A stretch of 64,000 bases of DNA from Methanomassiliicoccales archaeon. GTDB lineage: Archaea > Thermoplasmatota > Thermoplasmata > Methanomassiliicoccales > UBA472. Below, one piece after another: positions 1-7,386 of this stretch. Position 1 is the first letter of the stretch. Every line of letters starts with the position of its first letter. The notes beneath the pieces were generated by a model that worked only from the letters and a program-made list of their open reading frames with translations, did not search any database and had not been told where the DNA came from. Where the stretch lies: the NCBI GenBank assembly GCA_035506675.1, contig DATJOX010000041.1, forward strand, positions 36,475 to 100,474. Reading direction: 5' to 3'. The translations under genes were made by a program, and so were the position numbers.

Positions 1-273
1 CGGACGATCTCGGATACGGTCCTGAAGCTCGCCACGCAGGAGAAAGGCGCGGGGAACCAAGTGGCGCTGGATGTGACCCCAGCCCGCAAAATGTTCGTCC
101 TCGGAGCGGTCCTCGCAGGCTGGAACAAGCCGATCTTCGACCATGTCTTCTATTTGCACATCGGCTCTCTGAAGAACGCGAACCGGAGCTACGTCGAGAT
201 TCCGAGCTCCATTCAGCACGCCCACGACATCATGGCCGATCTAAAGAAGGGCGGGAAGGAGGGAGGGGCATGA
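1..273 (+). CDS. C-terminal part of an unidentified protein (5' end outside window)
   Basis: Frame 1 is open from nt 1 to the stop at 271-273 (ORF track lists only 61..273). The stop overlaps the next ATG (ATGA at 270-273). No family recognised. Confidence 0.4.
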   Translation, partial: RTISDTVLKLATQEKGAGNQVALDVTPARKMFVLGAVLAGWNKPIFDHVFYLHIGSLKNANRSYVEIPSSIQHAHDIMADLKKGGKEGGA

Positions 274-1385
274 GCGACCTCACCGTCAGCAAGAGCTTCC
301 TGATGGCGCTGCTGAACGAAGGCGTTAGGCAGGGAAAGAAAAGCATCACGATCTACTCACCCCTCCTCGACGTGGACCTCGTCGGCGTCGACCTCGAAAA
401 GCCGTCGATCGAGTGGTTCGCCGAGAGGGCGCGCTACGACCGAGCGTTCTCCGAGGTGGAGACGAAGCTTGGCGACCCTTTGCTCATCAAGGACGTGCCG
501 ACGTACAACGACTTCAAGGAGGTCGTCGAGGACTCGCTGCTGGTGACGCCCGAGAACATGACCGAGCTGACGGACAACATTCGCCAGATCGAGAAGCAGA
601 GGAGGGGGAGCGCCCGCTATCCCAAGCAGACGCTGCTCGCCATCGACACCAACATCGCGTATCGCAGGCTGCTGAGCCGATTGCTGATGACGAGCGAGGG
701 CTGCGGACTCCCCGATTTCGATCCTTCCGACGTCGCGCTCGTGATCGAGAACCTGGTCCAGATGGAGATTTCCGAACGCGTCAATCGCAAGTACCGGGAG
801 CAGGACCTGGACGCTTTCAGGAAGGCGTACGAGAACCCGAAGCTCCTGATGACGATGTCAAACGGGGCCGTCAAAGAGAGCCGGAAGGCGCTCAACGCGC
901 AGGCGGAGCTGACGACGCTCCGGTCGAGGTACGCGGTCTGGGAGGTCGCGGGGGCGGCCTGGGACGCGGACAAGGAGAAGCGCGACAACGAGATGATACG
1001 CTCTCTGGCGAAGCACTCGATGCAGGAGCGCGTGGACGTCCTCTTTCTGACCGCGGACGACAAGGCGACCGCGACAGCGATGGCGAACCGCCTGCCCTCG
1101 ATCTCGCTGCGGTACTCTCGCGAGCTTCCTTCGATCGTCCCGTTCGACCCCTGGTTGTTCGTCGAGCTGCTGCACGATCTGGCGGTCGTGTACTCGGTGG
1201 TGGGGATAAGGGGGCTCGGGGTGCGCGTGCACGGCGACTGGGGAGGCAAGACCGCGGACGACTATCGCGCGGAGAGGGTGAGGCTCGCTTTCGAGGAATC
1301 CTCCACGATCGGCCAAGAGCTGGCTAGACAATGGCGCGTGGTGGAGCGCGTCCAAGCGGAGATTGGCGCGCGCTCTGTCACTTAG
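270..1385 (+). CDS. PIN-like nuclease domain protein with unassigned N-terminal region
   Basis: 371-aa ORF. It has PIN-type acidic signature strands: LLAIDTNIAYRRLL, then DNEMIRSLAKH and VDVLFLTADDKATATAMA. The N-terminal ~120 aa are not recognised. Translationally coupled to the upstream ORF. Confidence 0.5.
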   Translation: MSDLTVSKSFLMALLNEGVRQGKKSITIYSPLLDVDLVGVDLEKPSIEWFAERARYDRAFSEVETKLGDPLLIKDVPTYNDFKEVVEDSLLVTPENMTELTDNIRQIEKQRRGSARYPKQTLLAIDTNIAYRRLLSRLLMTSEGCGLPDFDPSDVALVIENLVQMEISERVNRKYREQDLDAFRKAYENPKLLMTMSNGAVKESRKALNAQAELTTLRSRYAVWEVAGAAWDADKEKRDNEMIRSLAKHSMQERVDVLFLTADDKATATAMANRLPSISLRYSRELPSIVPFDPWLFVELLHDLAVVYSVVGIRGLGVRVHGDWGGKTADDYRAERVRLAFEESSTIGQELARQWRVVERVQAEIGARSVT

Positions 1386-1794
1386 CGTAATGAAGACTGG
1401 AGCGTTGATAATCAGGGCCCTTACTAGAAAGTCGCGCGGGGATCCCGCAGGGGGCAGAAGTAGGAGAAAAGTCAGAAGTTTGAGCGTGGTCGCTGCGGCC
1501 ATTGTTGTAATGGCACAAGACCTTTTCCACCCCCTATTTTCAATTTCAGCCGATGGCTGGTGCCGGAATCATTCTTGCTAGAACACTAGGAGTGAGGAGC
1601 CCCCGTAAAACTTGTAAATGGTGGGGAAGTTGGAGAAGGTCCACGGGGACTCCCCGCTTCACCAAAGACGCGCTCGATAATGAAGGTTTTGACTGTACAT
1701 ACGCAGCCTAGGGACTAACGGAATCCAGCGAGTCGTTTTCGAATCGAATTCGCCTTTCTCCTTTGTCACGATTGGGCAATCGCCCTGCGAGTTT

Positions 1795-1995
1795 CTACTT
1801 GTAGGCAACAACAGTCACACCAAGCTCCTTTTCGGTGTCCTTGAGCTTCTTGAGCTTCGCCGTCGAGAGCTCCGCGTATGGGGCCTCCTGGAAGGCGAGC
1901 AACACGACCCCAAGTTCCTTTTCCAGCTTCTGCACTTTTGAGACATCACTCTTCGCCAGCTTTGCGAAATCGGGAAGGTAGACCATTAGGATCAC
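1795..1995 (-). CDS. small hypothetical protein with internal tandem duplication
   Basis: 66-aa ORF with two ~28-aa repeats: DFAKLAKSDVSKVQKLEKELGVVLLAF and PYAELSTAKLKKLKDTEKELGVTVVAY. A TATA-like agtatatagg (minus strand) lies ~25-30 nt upstream of the ATG. Confidence 0.5.
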   Translation of the reverse strand: MILMVYLPDFAKLAKSDVSKVQKLEKELGVVLLAFQEAPYAELSTAKLKKLKDTEKELGVTVVAYK

Positions 1996-2119
1996 CTAGT
2001 TACTGTTTGCAGCCCCAAGCCTATATACTTGGCCTTCGGCGAGAGCCAAGCCTGGAGACCCTGGGGACGCCTCGCATGCTTTAATAGCCCGATGCTTGAA
2101 AGTCAGAAGGGGATCAATC

Positions 2120-2464
2120 ATGACCATGCAGAAGAAGAACTTCGCGAATCCGGACGAGATTATGACTCCGCCTCATTCGCGGGTCGAGAGGATTACGATC
2201 GGGGATAGGACCATTGTTAAGCAGGTCTTTGAGCCAGGATGGCGATGGTCAAAGGACATCAGCCCGCTGGTCGGTACGAAATCGTGCCAGATACATCATT
2301 TCGGCGTTCAGCTCACAGGCAAGATGCACGTAAAACACGACGATGGACAGGAGATCGACTACGGCCCCGGAGACGTTTGGGACATCCCGCCCGGACACGA
2401 TGGATGGGTCGTTGGCGACGAAGCTGTTGTGTACTATGGGTTCTTCCAGGAAGCGAAGAAGTAG
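2120..2464 (+). CDS. cupin domain protein
   Basis: Cupin-2-like motifs: HHFGVQLTGKMHVKHDDGQEIDYGPGDVWDIPPGHDGWV. ATG 2120 (MTMQKK) is preferred over TTG 2096 because GAAGGGGA precedes it. Confidence 0.7.
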   Translation: MTMQKKNFANPDEIMTPPHSRVERITIGDRTIVKQVFEPGWRWSKDISPLVGTKSCQIHHFGVQLTGKMHVKHDDGQEIDYGPGDVWDIPPGHDGWVVGDEAVVYYGFFQEAKK

Positions 2465-2682
2465 AGCGCCTGGCCAATCGAGCCCGATGGCCCTGCAAGA
2501 ATCACAGCGACCGGAAAGGCGAGCTCAGTCCTTGCCCACCGCCTTCTTCACGAGCGCGCCGATCTTCGCTTCTTCGGAATCGGTCAGCCCCGTCAGCGCG
2601 AAAGCGATTGGACGGTGAGATCGGGCCACGGGTGAAGCAAACTTGAATCGTCACTGTGTGAGATGGGCACCGCGGCATCAAT

Positions 2683-3009
2683 TCAGGATTGGAGGCCCTT
2701 CCTCATCTCTTCGAGGTTCTTGCTAGCCACGGGCTCGCTCAACAAATGGTTTCTCAGGACGTCGCATTGGAACTCTTTGCAATCGGCGCAGGTCCTCACT
2801 CCTTTCTTTTCCGCGCACGGTCTGACCTTGCATTTCTTTGAGCACCAACCCGAGATCCTGTCGGACTTGCATCCATCGCATTCGACCTGGAGCCCGTCGG
2901 CCCATTTCTTAGCCAATCGCTCCTTCCATTCCTGATCGTTCGTTCTGGTCGCCTTAAAGAAGTCGCACTCTCGACAGTCCAAGCCACAATAGGCGATCAT
3001 GTCAAGCAT
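2683..3009 (-). CDS. Cys-rich DUF3795-like protein
   Basis: MIAYCGLDCRECDFF...CDGCKS...CKVRPC...CADCKEFQC is the typical DUF3795 cysteine pattern. Start chosen at MLDMIAYCG; the ORF extends to 3036. Confidence 0.6.
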   Translation of the reverse strand: MLDMIAYCGLDCRECDFFKATRTNDQEWKERLAKKWADGLQVECDGCKSDRISGWCSKKCKVRPCAEKKGVRTCADCKEFQCDVLRNHLLSEPVASKNLEEMRKGLQS

Positions 3010-3527
3010 CTTCCACCAGCGCAAGCGCGAAAGCACTTGGTCATGCGAGCGCTGGCATGGGTAATAACGATTGTACCGCCGTCTGGCGGGGACAGATGGG
3101 TGAGCCGATTCGAAAGGCGGCGGCTAGCGGCAAGCTGGACATAGCCATGGGCTTGGGCTCTTCTGAGCCGAGGCTAGAGGGCAAGGGGGCCGGGACACGC
3201 ACTCGAAAGCTCCCTGACGAGGGTGTGATTCGGGCTCCGAGCGACACAACCCTTTGGTCCGATTGTACGAGGGATGAATAATCGCCTTGCCTTCCCTCTA
3301 TCAGTGATGCTGAACCTCGATGAAACTCGCAGAATCTGGGTCGTCGGCCCGAACGGGATAGCGTGCCTAGTATTCTGCCCAAAGCAAGCTTTGGCTCTAG
3401 CCTCCGCTTCGACATAGTTTCTTTACCATGAACGGACTCTTTAACAAGCGGAGGGGGGCATCTGATTTTCAGAAAAGAATGGGAAGATGATAGGAGGGCC
3501 GTTTCAAGGGCGGTTGCCGCCGGGGCA

Positions 3528-4034
3528 GTGGTGGTGATCGTGGTGATAGCTGCCATCGTCGGCTTCTTCATGATGGGTGGAAGCGGCGGCGGTGGGAGCG
3601 GGAACCACACGTTGAGCGACATGAAGGCGGGCGACTATCTGAGGTACGATGAAGTGACGCATGGTGGATCAACACTCCTTGAGACGTATTGGATTAACGT
3701 CACCGCGGTGACCGCCACGAACTTCACAATACTCCTCACCCACATTATCAATGGCATTCTGGGGGATGAGAGCAACCATTCGATCGCGAAGGGGAGCGTC
3801 TACAGCGTGATCAGCGTGTTCTCAACTGCCTGGACCGACATGGGACAGACGACGCTCGACACCGCGTTGGGGTCGCGAGCCGTTGAACACTACCAGCACA
3901 GCGGTTCCGGGATCGTGAACGACTACTACGTGGGATCCAGTAACGGGATTCTTTACAAGAAGACAATGACCTTCGGATCCGAAACCAGTGAGATGAACCT
4001 GGTGGACAGCAACATAAGCTGGGCTTGGAGCTAA
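3528..4034 (+). CDS. hypothetical N-terminally anchored or secreted protein
   Basis: 168-aa ORF with a hydrophobic N-terminus (VVIVVIAAIVGFFMM) followed by a Gly linker. The start is uncertain: only GTG 3528 is canonical in frame, and a GGAGG lies 30 nt upstream. Confidence 0.5.
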   Translation: MVVIVVIAAIVGFFMMGGSGGGGSGNHTLSDMKAGDYLRYDEVTHGGSTLLETYWINVTAVTATNFTILLTHIINGILGDESNHSIAKGSVYSVISVFSTAWTDMGQTTLDTALGSRAVEHYQHSGSGIVNDYYVGSSNGILYKKTMTFGSETSEMNLVDSNISWAWS

Positions 4035-4039
4035 ACCCC

Positions 4040-4070
4040 TTCTTCTCAACTTTGTTTTGTCTTTCCGGCA
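4040..4070. terminator. T-rich tract between convergent genes (candidate archaeal oligo-T terminators)
   Basis: cttcttctcaactttgttttgtctttcc lies between the stops of 3528..4034 (+) and 4132..4869 (-). Confidence 0.3.
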
Positions 4071-4131
4071 ACCTGCGATACACGGCCTCCAAGCACTTGC
4101 TTGATCTAGAAACCTTTCCCGCTTTCTTCCC

Positions 4132-4869
4132 TCAAGCAATCTTTTGGACGACAAAACGATCGTCTCGGGCGGTCAAATCAAGGGCTTGCTCCGCCGTCAG
4201 GTGGGAACTGCCCACGTTTTGAAGGTACCGATGACATGTTTCCACTGCAGCGTTCATCTCGTTTCGCGTGGGTGATCGATAGGGCTGACCTGGGACCGGG
4301 ATGTATCCCATGATGTGAAGGGGGATGGCAGTGTTGAGCCCTGCGAGCCACTCAGCAATCCGTTCTACCTGGTCGATGCCAACTAACCCTGGAACCAGGA
4401 CGACATTGGCCTTCATCATCATCCCAGCTCTCACGGAGGCTTCGAAATTGGCGTATATCTCTCGCTTCGGCTTACCGGTGTATTCAAGGTGGGTCTTTTC
4501 ATCCCAGGCCTTTAGACCTACATTGGCACCGTCCAGGTGTGGGAGAGGTAACCGACTACCATTAGTATGCCCGAGGAAGGTCTCAGCGCCTAGAACGTTC
4601 TTTGCGAAGTCGATCATCTCCTGAAGGTCCTTGGCCACCGTTGGTTCTCCTCCCATGAAGTAAACCTTGTCGATCGAGACTGACTGCAACGCTTTCTTCA
4701 TCTCCTCAGTCGACAGGAATCGTTCGGGTCGCGGAAATGAAAGCCCAGGCTGCCCATTCGATCCGCTGCGCAGTTTGTAACTGCACACGTGGCAGCGGAA
4801 AGTGCAGCCATAGTTGTGGAGTGTGGCGAAGCGATACTTGCGATTGTAGGTAATCTCGAAGAACGCCAT
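4132..4869 (-). CDS. radical SAM protein (activase-like)
   Basis: CxxxCxxC cluster motif in YGCTFRCHVCSY near the N-terminus, with a GGEP motif (YFMGGEPTV) downstream. Confidence 0.75.
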   Translation of the reverse strand: MAFFEITYNRKYRFATLHNYGCTFRCHVCSYKLRSGSNGQPGLSFPRPERFLSTEEMKKALQSVSIDKVYFMGGEPTVAKDLQEMIDFAKNVLGAETFLGHTNGSRLPLPHLDGANVGLKAWDEKTHLEYTGKPKREIYANFEASVRAGMMMKANVVLVPGLVGIDQVERIAEWLAGLNTAIPLHIMGYIPVPGQPYRSPTRNEMNAAVETCHRYLQNVGSSHLTAEQALDLTARDDRFVVQKIA

Positions 4870-4897
4870 TTAGCTCGTCCCAATAGGTAGCACGTTT

Positions 4898-5158
4898 TTG
4901 TATTTCGTGCTATCGCTAGGTCGTCCTTTCATTCCCACCTTTGGTTGCCGTGACCGGGCGGGGGTGAAGACCGAGCAGATCGCGAGGATATTCGGGCATA
5001 CCGACACCCGCACGACCATCCGCTACCTCGGTCTAGACCTCGATGATATGCGCCTTGCGATGGAGCAGTATGCCAGGTATCAAAAAGGCGCGATTGTACC
5101 GAAAGTGGTACAAATCGAGGCACAGCCAGCAGATGGATGTGGGGGCACTGGGATTTGA
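4898..5158 (+). pseudogene. tyrosine recombinase (integrase) C-terminal remnant
   Basis: Only the extreme C-terminal box is present: AGVKTEQIARIFGHTDTRTTIRYL (LGHxxxxTTxxY with the catalytic Tyr). There is no catalytic core upstream, since the radical-SAM gene abuts at 4869. The reading frame runs into the 3' end of tRNA-Trp. Confidence 0.6.
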
Positions 5159-5310
5159 ACCCAGATCAGCGGGTTTCCACCACGTGGGGAGCTACCCCAC
5201 GCGAATTAACGGGTCACCGCTCCAGTTAGTCATCACCGGTCAGCAAACCCGTAAGCGATCATGCCCAATTAACTGGAGCCCGCGAGGATGCCGAATTACC
5301 CCATACCCCC
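5140..5310 (-). tRNA. tRNA-Trp (CCA) with a ~98-nt intron after position 37
   Basis: Minus strand. Acceptor GGGGGUA/UGCCCCC plus A73. D arm GGGU..UCCU. Anticodon stem GCGGG/CCCGC with loop CU-CCA-G. T arm CUGGG-UUCAAAU-CCCAG. Intron at about 5175..5272. CCA is not encoded. Confidence 0.9.
5214..5262 (-). ncRNA. box C/D guide module inside the tRNA-Trp intron
   Basis: C-like AUGAUCG (5262..5256), a 12-nt guide, D' CUGA (5243..5240), C' GUGAUGA (5236..5230), a 12-nt guide, and D-like GUGA (5217..5214). The guides pair with the anticodon loop and the position-39 region of the same pre-tRNA. Confidence 0.7.
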
Positions 5311-5322
5311 GTGTGTTGAGCC

Positions 5323-5430
5323 TTAACGCTTGCGCATCTTCTGGGCCCGCTTGCGGCGACGCATCTTCTTCTTGCGCCATTTCCACCGCTGCTTGCCTCG
5401 CTTCTTCCAAGCGCGTGAGCTTCGCTTCAT
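5323..5430 (-). CDS. rpl41e: ribosomal protein eL41 (L41e)
   Basis: 35-aa product MKRSSRAWKKRGKQRWKWRKKKMRRRKRAQKMRKR fits the archaeal eL41 pattern (KRSSRxWKKKGxxRWKWxKK..RR.KR) as I recall it. AGGA lies ~6 nt upstream of ATG 5430. It is hidden inside the listed ORF 5323..5532. Confidence 0.75.
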   Translation of the reverse strand: MKRSSRAWKKRGKQRWKWRKKKMRRRKRAQKMRKR

Positions 5431-5500
5431 TATTCCTGAACTCCTGGTATTGGCCGACATTCTCTCGGCGCTTAAGTACCTTTCTCTAGGGAAAAGCGAG

Positions 5501-5624
5501 TGGCGGGCCCGCCGGGATATTCGCCCTCTCAACGAAGGTTTCGAACCCGGGACATCTGGCTGACTCCCTGATCCGCGTGATCAGCTAGAAGGCCAGCGCT
5601 ATATCCAGGCTAAGCCACGAGCCC
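5501..5624 (-). tRNA. tRNA-Arg (UCU) with two putative introns (37/38 and T-loop)
   Basis: Minus strand. Acceptor GGGCUCG/CGGGCCC, G73, encoded CCA. D arm GCUU..UAGC. Anticodon stem CUGGC/GCCAG with loop CU-UCU-A. A 24-nt insert sits at ~5562..5585. The T arm CCGGG-UUCGAAA-CCCGG forms only if a 22-nt insert (~5517..5538) is removed. Confidence 0.75.
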
Positions 5625-5756
5625 GCTCGTGCACTCGATGCGTCTGCCCTGATTTATATCTTGAGCCAACGAAAGCGAGCCAGTCTGTCCCGCCGCGGAC
5701 CGAGCTCAGCGTTTATATCCCCCCGGCTCAGAGGTGATTCGAAGATCAGTGGTCGG

Positions 5757-6164
5757 ATGTCAAGCGATGACAACAAGGCGGTGGTCCGCCGCGTGTACGA
5801 TGAGCTGAACAAGGGCAACATGGCGATCGCGGACGAGCTGATAGTCGATAACTACGCGCAGCACAGCATTCTTCCGGTGCCGCAGGGAAGGAAGGGCTTC
5901 AAGGAGTTCTTCGCGTCCTTCGGGAAGTCGTTCCCCGACGCTCACTTCGAGGTCTTGGACATCTTTGCGGAAGGGGAGAAGGTGGCGCTGCGCTTCAAGG
6001 CGACGATGACGCACAAGGGCGAGTTCATGGGACTGGCTCCGACCGGCAGGAAGGTCTCCTTCACCGGGATCGACATCTTCGTCGTGCGAAGGGGCAAGCT
6101 CGTCGAGCACTGGGACGAGGTCGATCAGCTCGGATTCCTGCGTCAGCTCGGCATCGTCAAGTGA
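5757..6164 (+). CDS. SnoaL-like / ester-cyclase-like protein
   Basis: NKAVVRRVYDELNKGNMAIADELIVDNY...FTGIDIFVVRRGKLVEHWDEVD is the typical SnoaL-like cyclase fold signature. ATG 5757 is preferred over TTG 5661, and tttatatc TATA-like boxes lie upstream. Confidence 0.65.
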   Translation: MSSDDNKAVVRRVYDELNKGNMAIADELIVDNYAQHSILPVPQGRKGFKEFFASFGKSFPDAHFEVLDIFAEGEKVALRFKATMTHKGEFMGLAPTGRKVSFTGIDIFVVRRGKLVEHWDEVDQLGFLRQLGIVK

Positions 6165-6168
6165 AGCC

Positions 6169-6768
6169 CTAGCCGATGATCGCCGAGAGCGAGCTGTTCG
6201 AGAAGAGCAGCGCCGCTTCCACGAGCGCGAGGATCCCGAGGATGAAGAGCACCGGCCTCCAGCTCACGATCGCGCCCGCCAGGTCGGCGAAGAACTCCGC
6301 CACCCCGAGCACGCCGTAGACCAGCGCCATCACCACCAGCGCGATGATCACGATGACGATGGGCGTGAGGAACCCCGTGTGCGCGGACTTCTCGATCAGG
6401 TACAATCCGACGCCGGTGATGAGAGCCGCTACGAGCGAAATGATCAGCGCGACCTTCACCTTTCGGAACACGCGCATGAACAGCCCGAAACCGAGGATGC
6501 CAGTGATCCACATCGTCGAGCCGGGCCAGCCGCCGTTGAGCGCGATCATCACCGCTTCGACGATCATCACTGCCCCAACGATGAACCCGAGAGCGACCGC
6601 GATGTTGTCGATCCTCGTCTTCTTGCTCCTCCCCACGATCGCGATCACGAGCGCGATCAGGCCTCCGAGGAGGAGCAGGAGTTCGGGCATCGGTGACGCG
6701 GTCAGTTCGAACGCCATGCTGGAGAATATTGGCCCGACCAGTATAATAATTGCGTGCGTGCGCAGCAA
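6169..6768 (-). CDS. hypothetical polytopic membrane protein
   Basis: 199-aa ORF made almost entirely of hydrophobic helices. No family recognised. Confidence 0.55.
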   Translation of the reverse strand: MLRTHAIIILVGPIFSSMAFELTASPMPELLLLLGGLIALVIAIVGRSKKTRIDNIAVALGFIVGAVMIVEAVMIALNGGWPGSTMWITGILGFGLFMRVFRKVKVALIISLVAALITGVGLYLIEKSAHTGFLTPIVIVIIALVVMALVYGVLGVAEFFADLAGAIVSWRPVLFILGILALVEAALLFSNSSLSAIIG

Positions 6769-6813
6769 GTATTATCGGCCCGGGGGTCGGAATACCGAGA
6801 GGAGGAGAAGGAA

Positions 6814-7383
6814 ATGGAAGTCGCCGAGGCGATCGACAAGCGCCGCGCGTTGCGCGTGTTCGACCCATCGAAGCCGATCGAGCAGGAGAAGGTGGCCGCG
6901 CTGGTGGATTCGATGCGCCTGTCCAGTTCTTGCGGCAACAACCAGCCGTGGAGGGTGGTGATCTGCCGCGATGAGGCATCGATCACGAAGGCACGACTAG
7001 CGCTCACGAAGGGCAACGTCTGGGGCACGAAAGCCCCGGTGATAATGGTGGTGGCGGCAAGGGCGCAGGACGACTGCCGCTATCCCGACCGCGACTACTT
7101 CCTGTTCAGCTGTGGCCTGGCCGTCGGTCAGATGCTGGTGCGCGCGGTGGAGCTCGGGCTCATCGGTCATCCAGTGGCGGGATTCGACCCGGAGGTGCAC
7201 CGCCGGGAGTTAGGGATCCCGGCCGAGTACACGGTCATCACCACCATCATGATCGGATACCCAGGCACTGACGATTCGCTCCTCACCGACAAGCAGAAAG
7301 AACGCGAGAAGTTCAGGCCGGAACGCAAGGCGGTCGGGGACAACTTCTTCGAGGGACAGTGGGGAGTGCCGTTCAAGGTCTGA
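6814..7383 (+). CDS. nitroreductase family protein
   Basis: MEVAEAIDKRRALRVFDPSKPIEQEKVAALVDSMRLSSSCGNNQPWRVV is the typical nitroreductase N-terminus. Start chosen at the internal ATG 6814. Confidence 0.75.
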   Translation: MEVAEAIDKRRALRVFDPSKPIEQEKVAALVDSMRLSSSCGNNQPWRVVICRDEASITKARLALTKGNVWGTKAPVIMVVAARAQDDCRYPDRDYFLFSCGLAVGQMLVRAVELGLIGHPVAGFDPEVHRRELGIPAEYTVITTIMIGYPGTDDSLLTDKQKEREKFRPERKAVGDNFFEGQWGVPFKV

Positions 7384-7386
7384 ATA

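Noticed and set aside
2525-2629. 34-aa minus-strand ORF VARSHRPIAFALTGLTDSEEAKIGALVKKAVGKD
   Set aside because: It looks like the C-terminal scrap of a wHTH (MarR-like) regulator. It is too short and context-free to call, and may be a gene remnant.
3010-3527. RNase P RNA, SRP RNA or riboswitch in the long intergenic region
   Set aside because: I looked for GAGGAAAGUCC / ACAGAA..GGCUUA (RNase P) and SRP helix-8-type motifs on both strands and did not find them.
5043-5563. ORFs 5043..5489(+), 5330..5563(+) and the full 5323..5532(-)
   Set aside because: They overlap two well-supported tRNA genes. Only the 3' 35 codons of the minus-strand ORF (eL41) are credible.
6143-6979. 278-aa minus-strand ORF
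   Set aside because: It is an Arg/Pro/Gly-rich alternate frame overlapping the membrane protein gene (6169..6768) and the nitroreductase start. No motifs are present.
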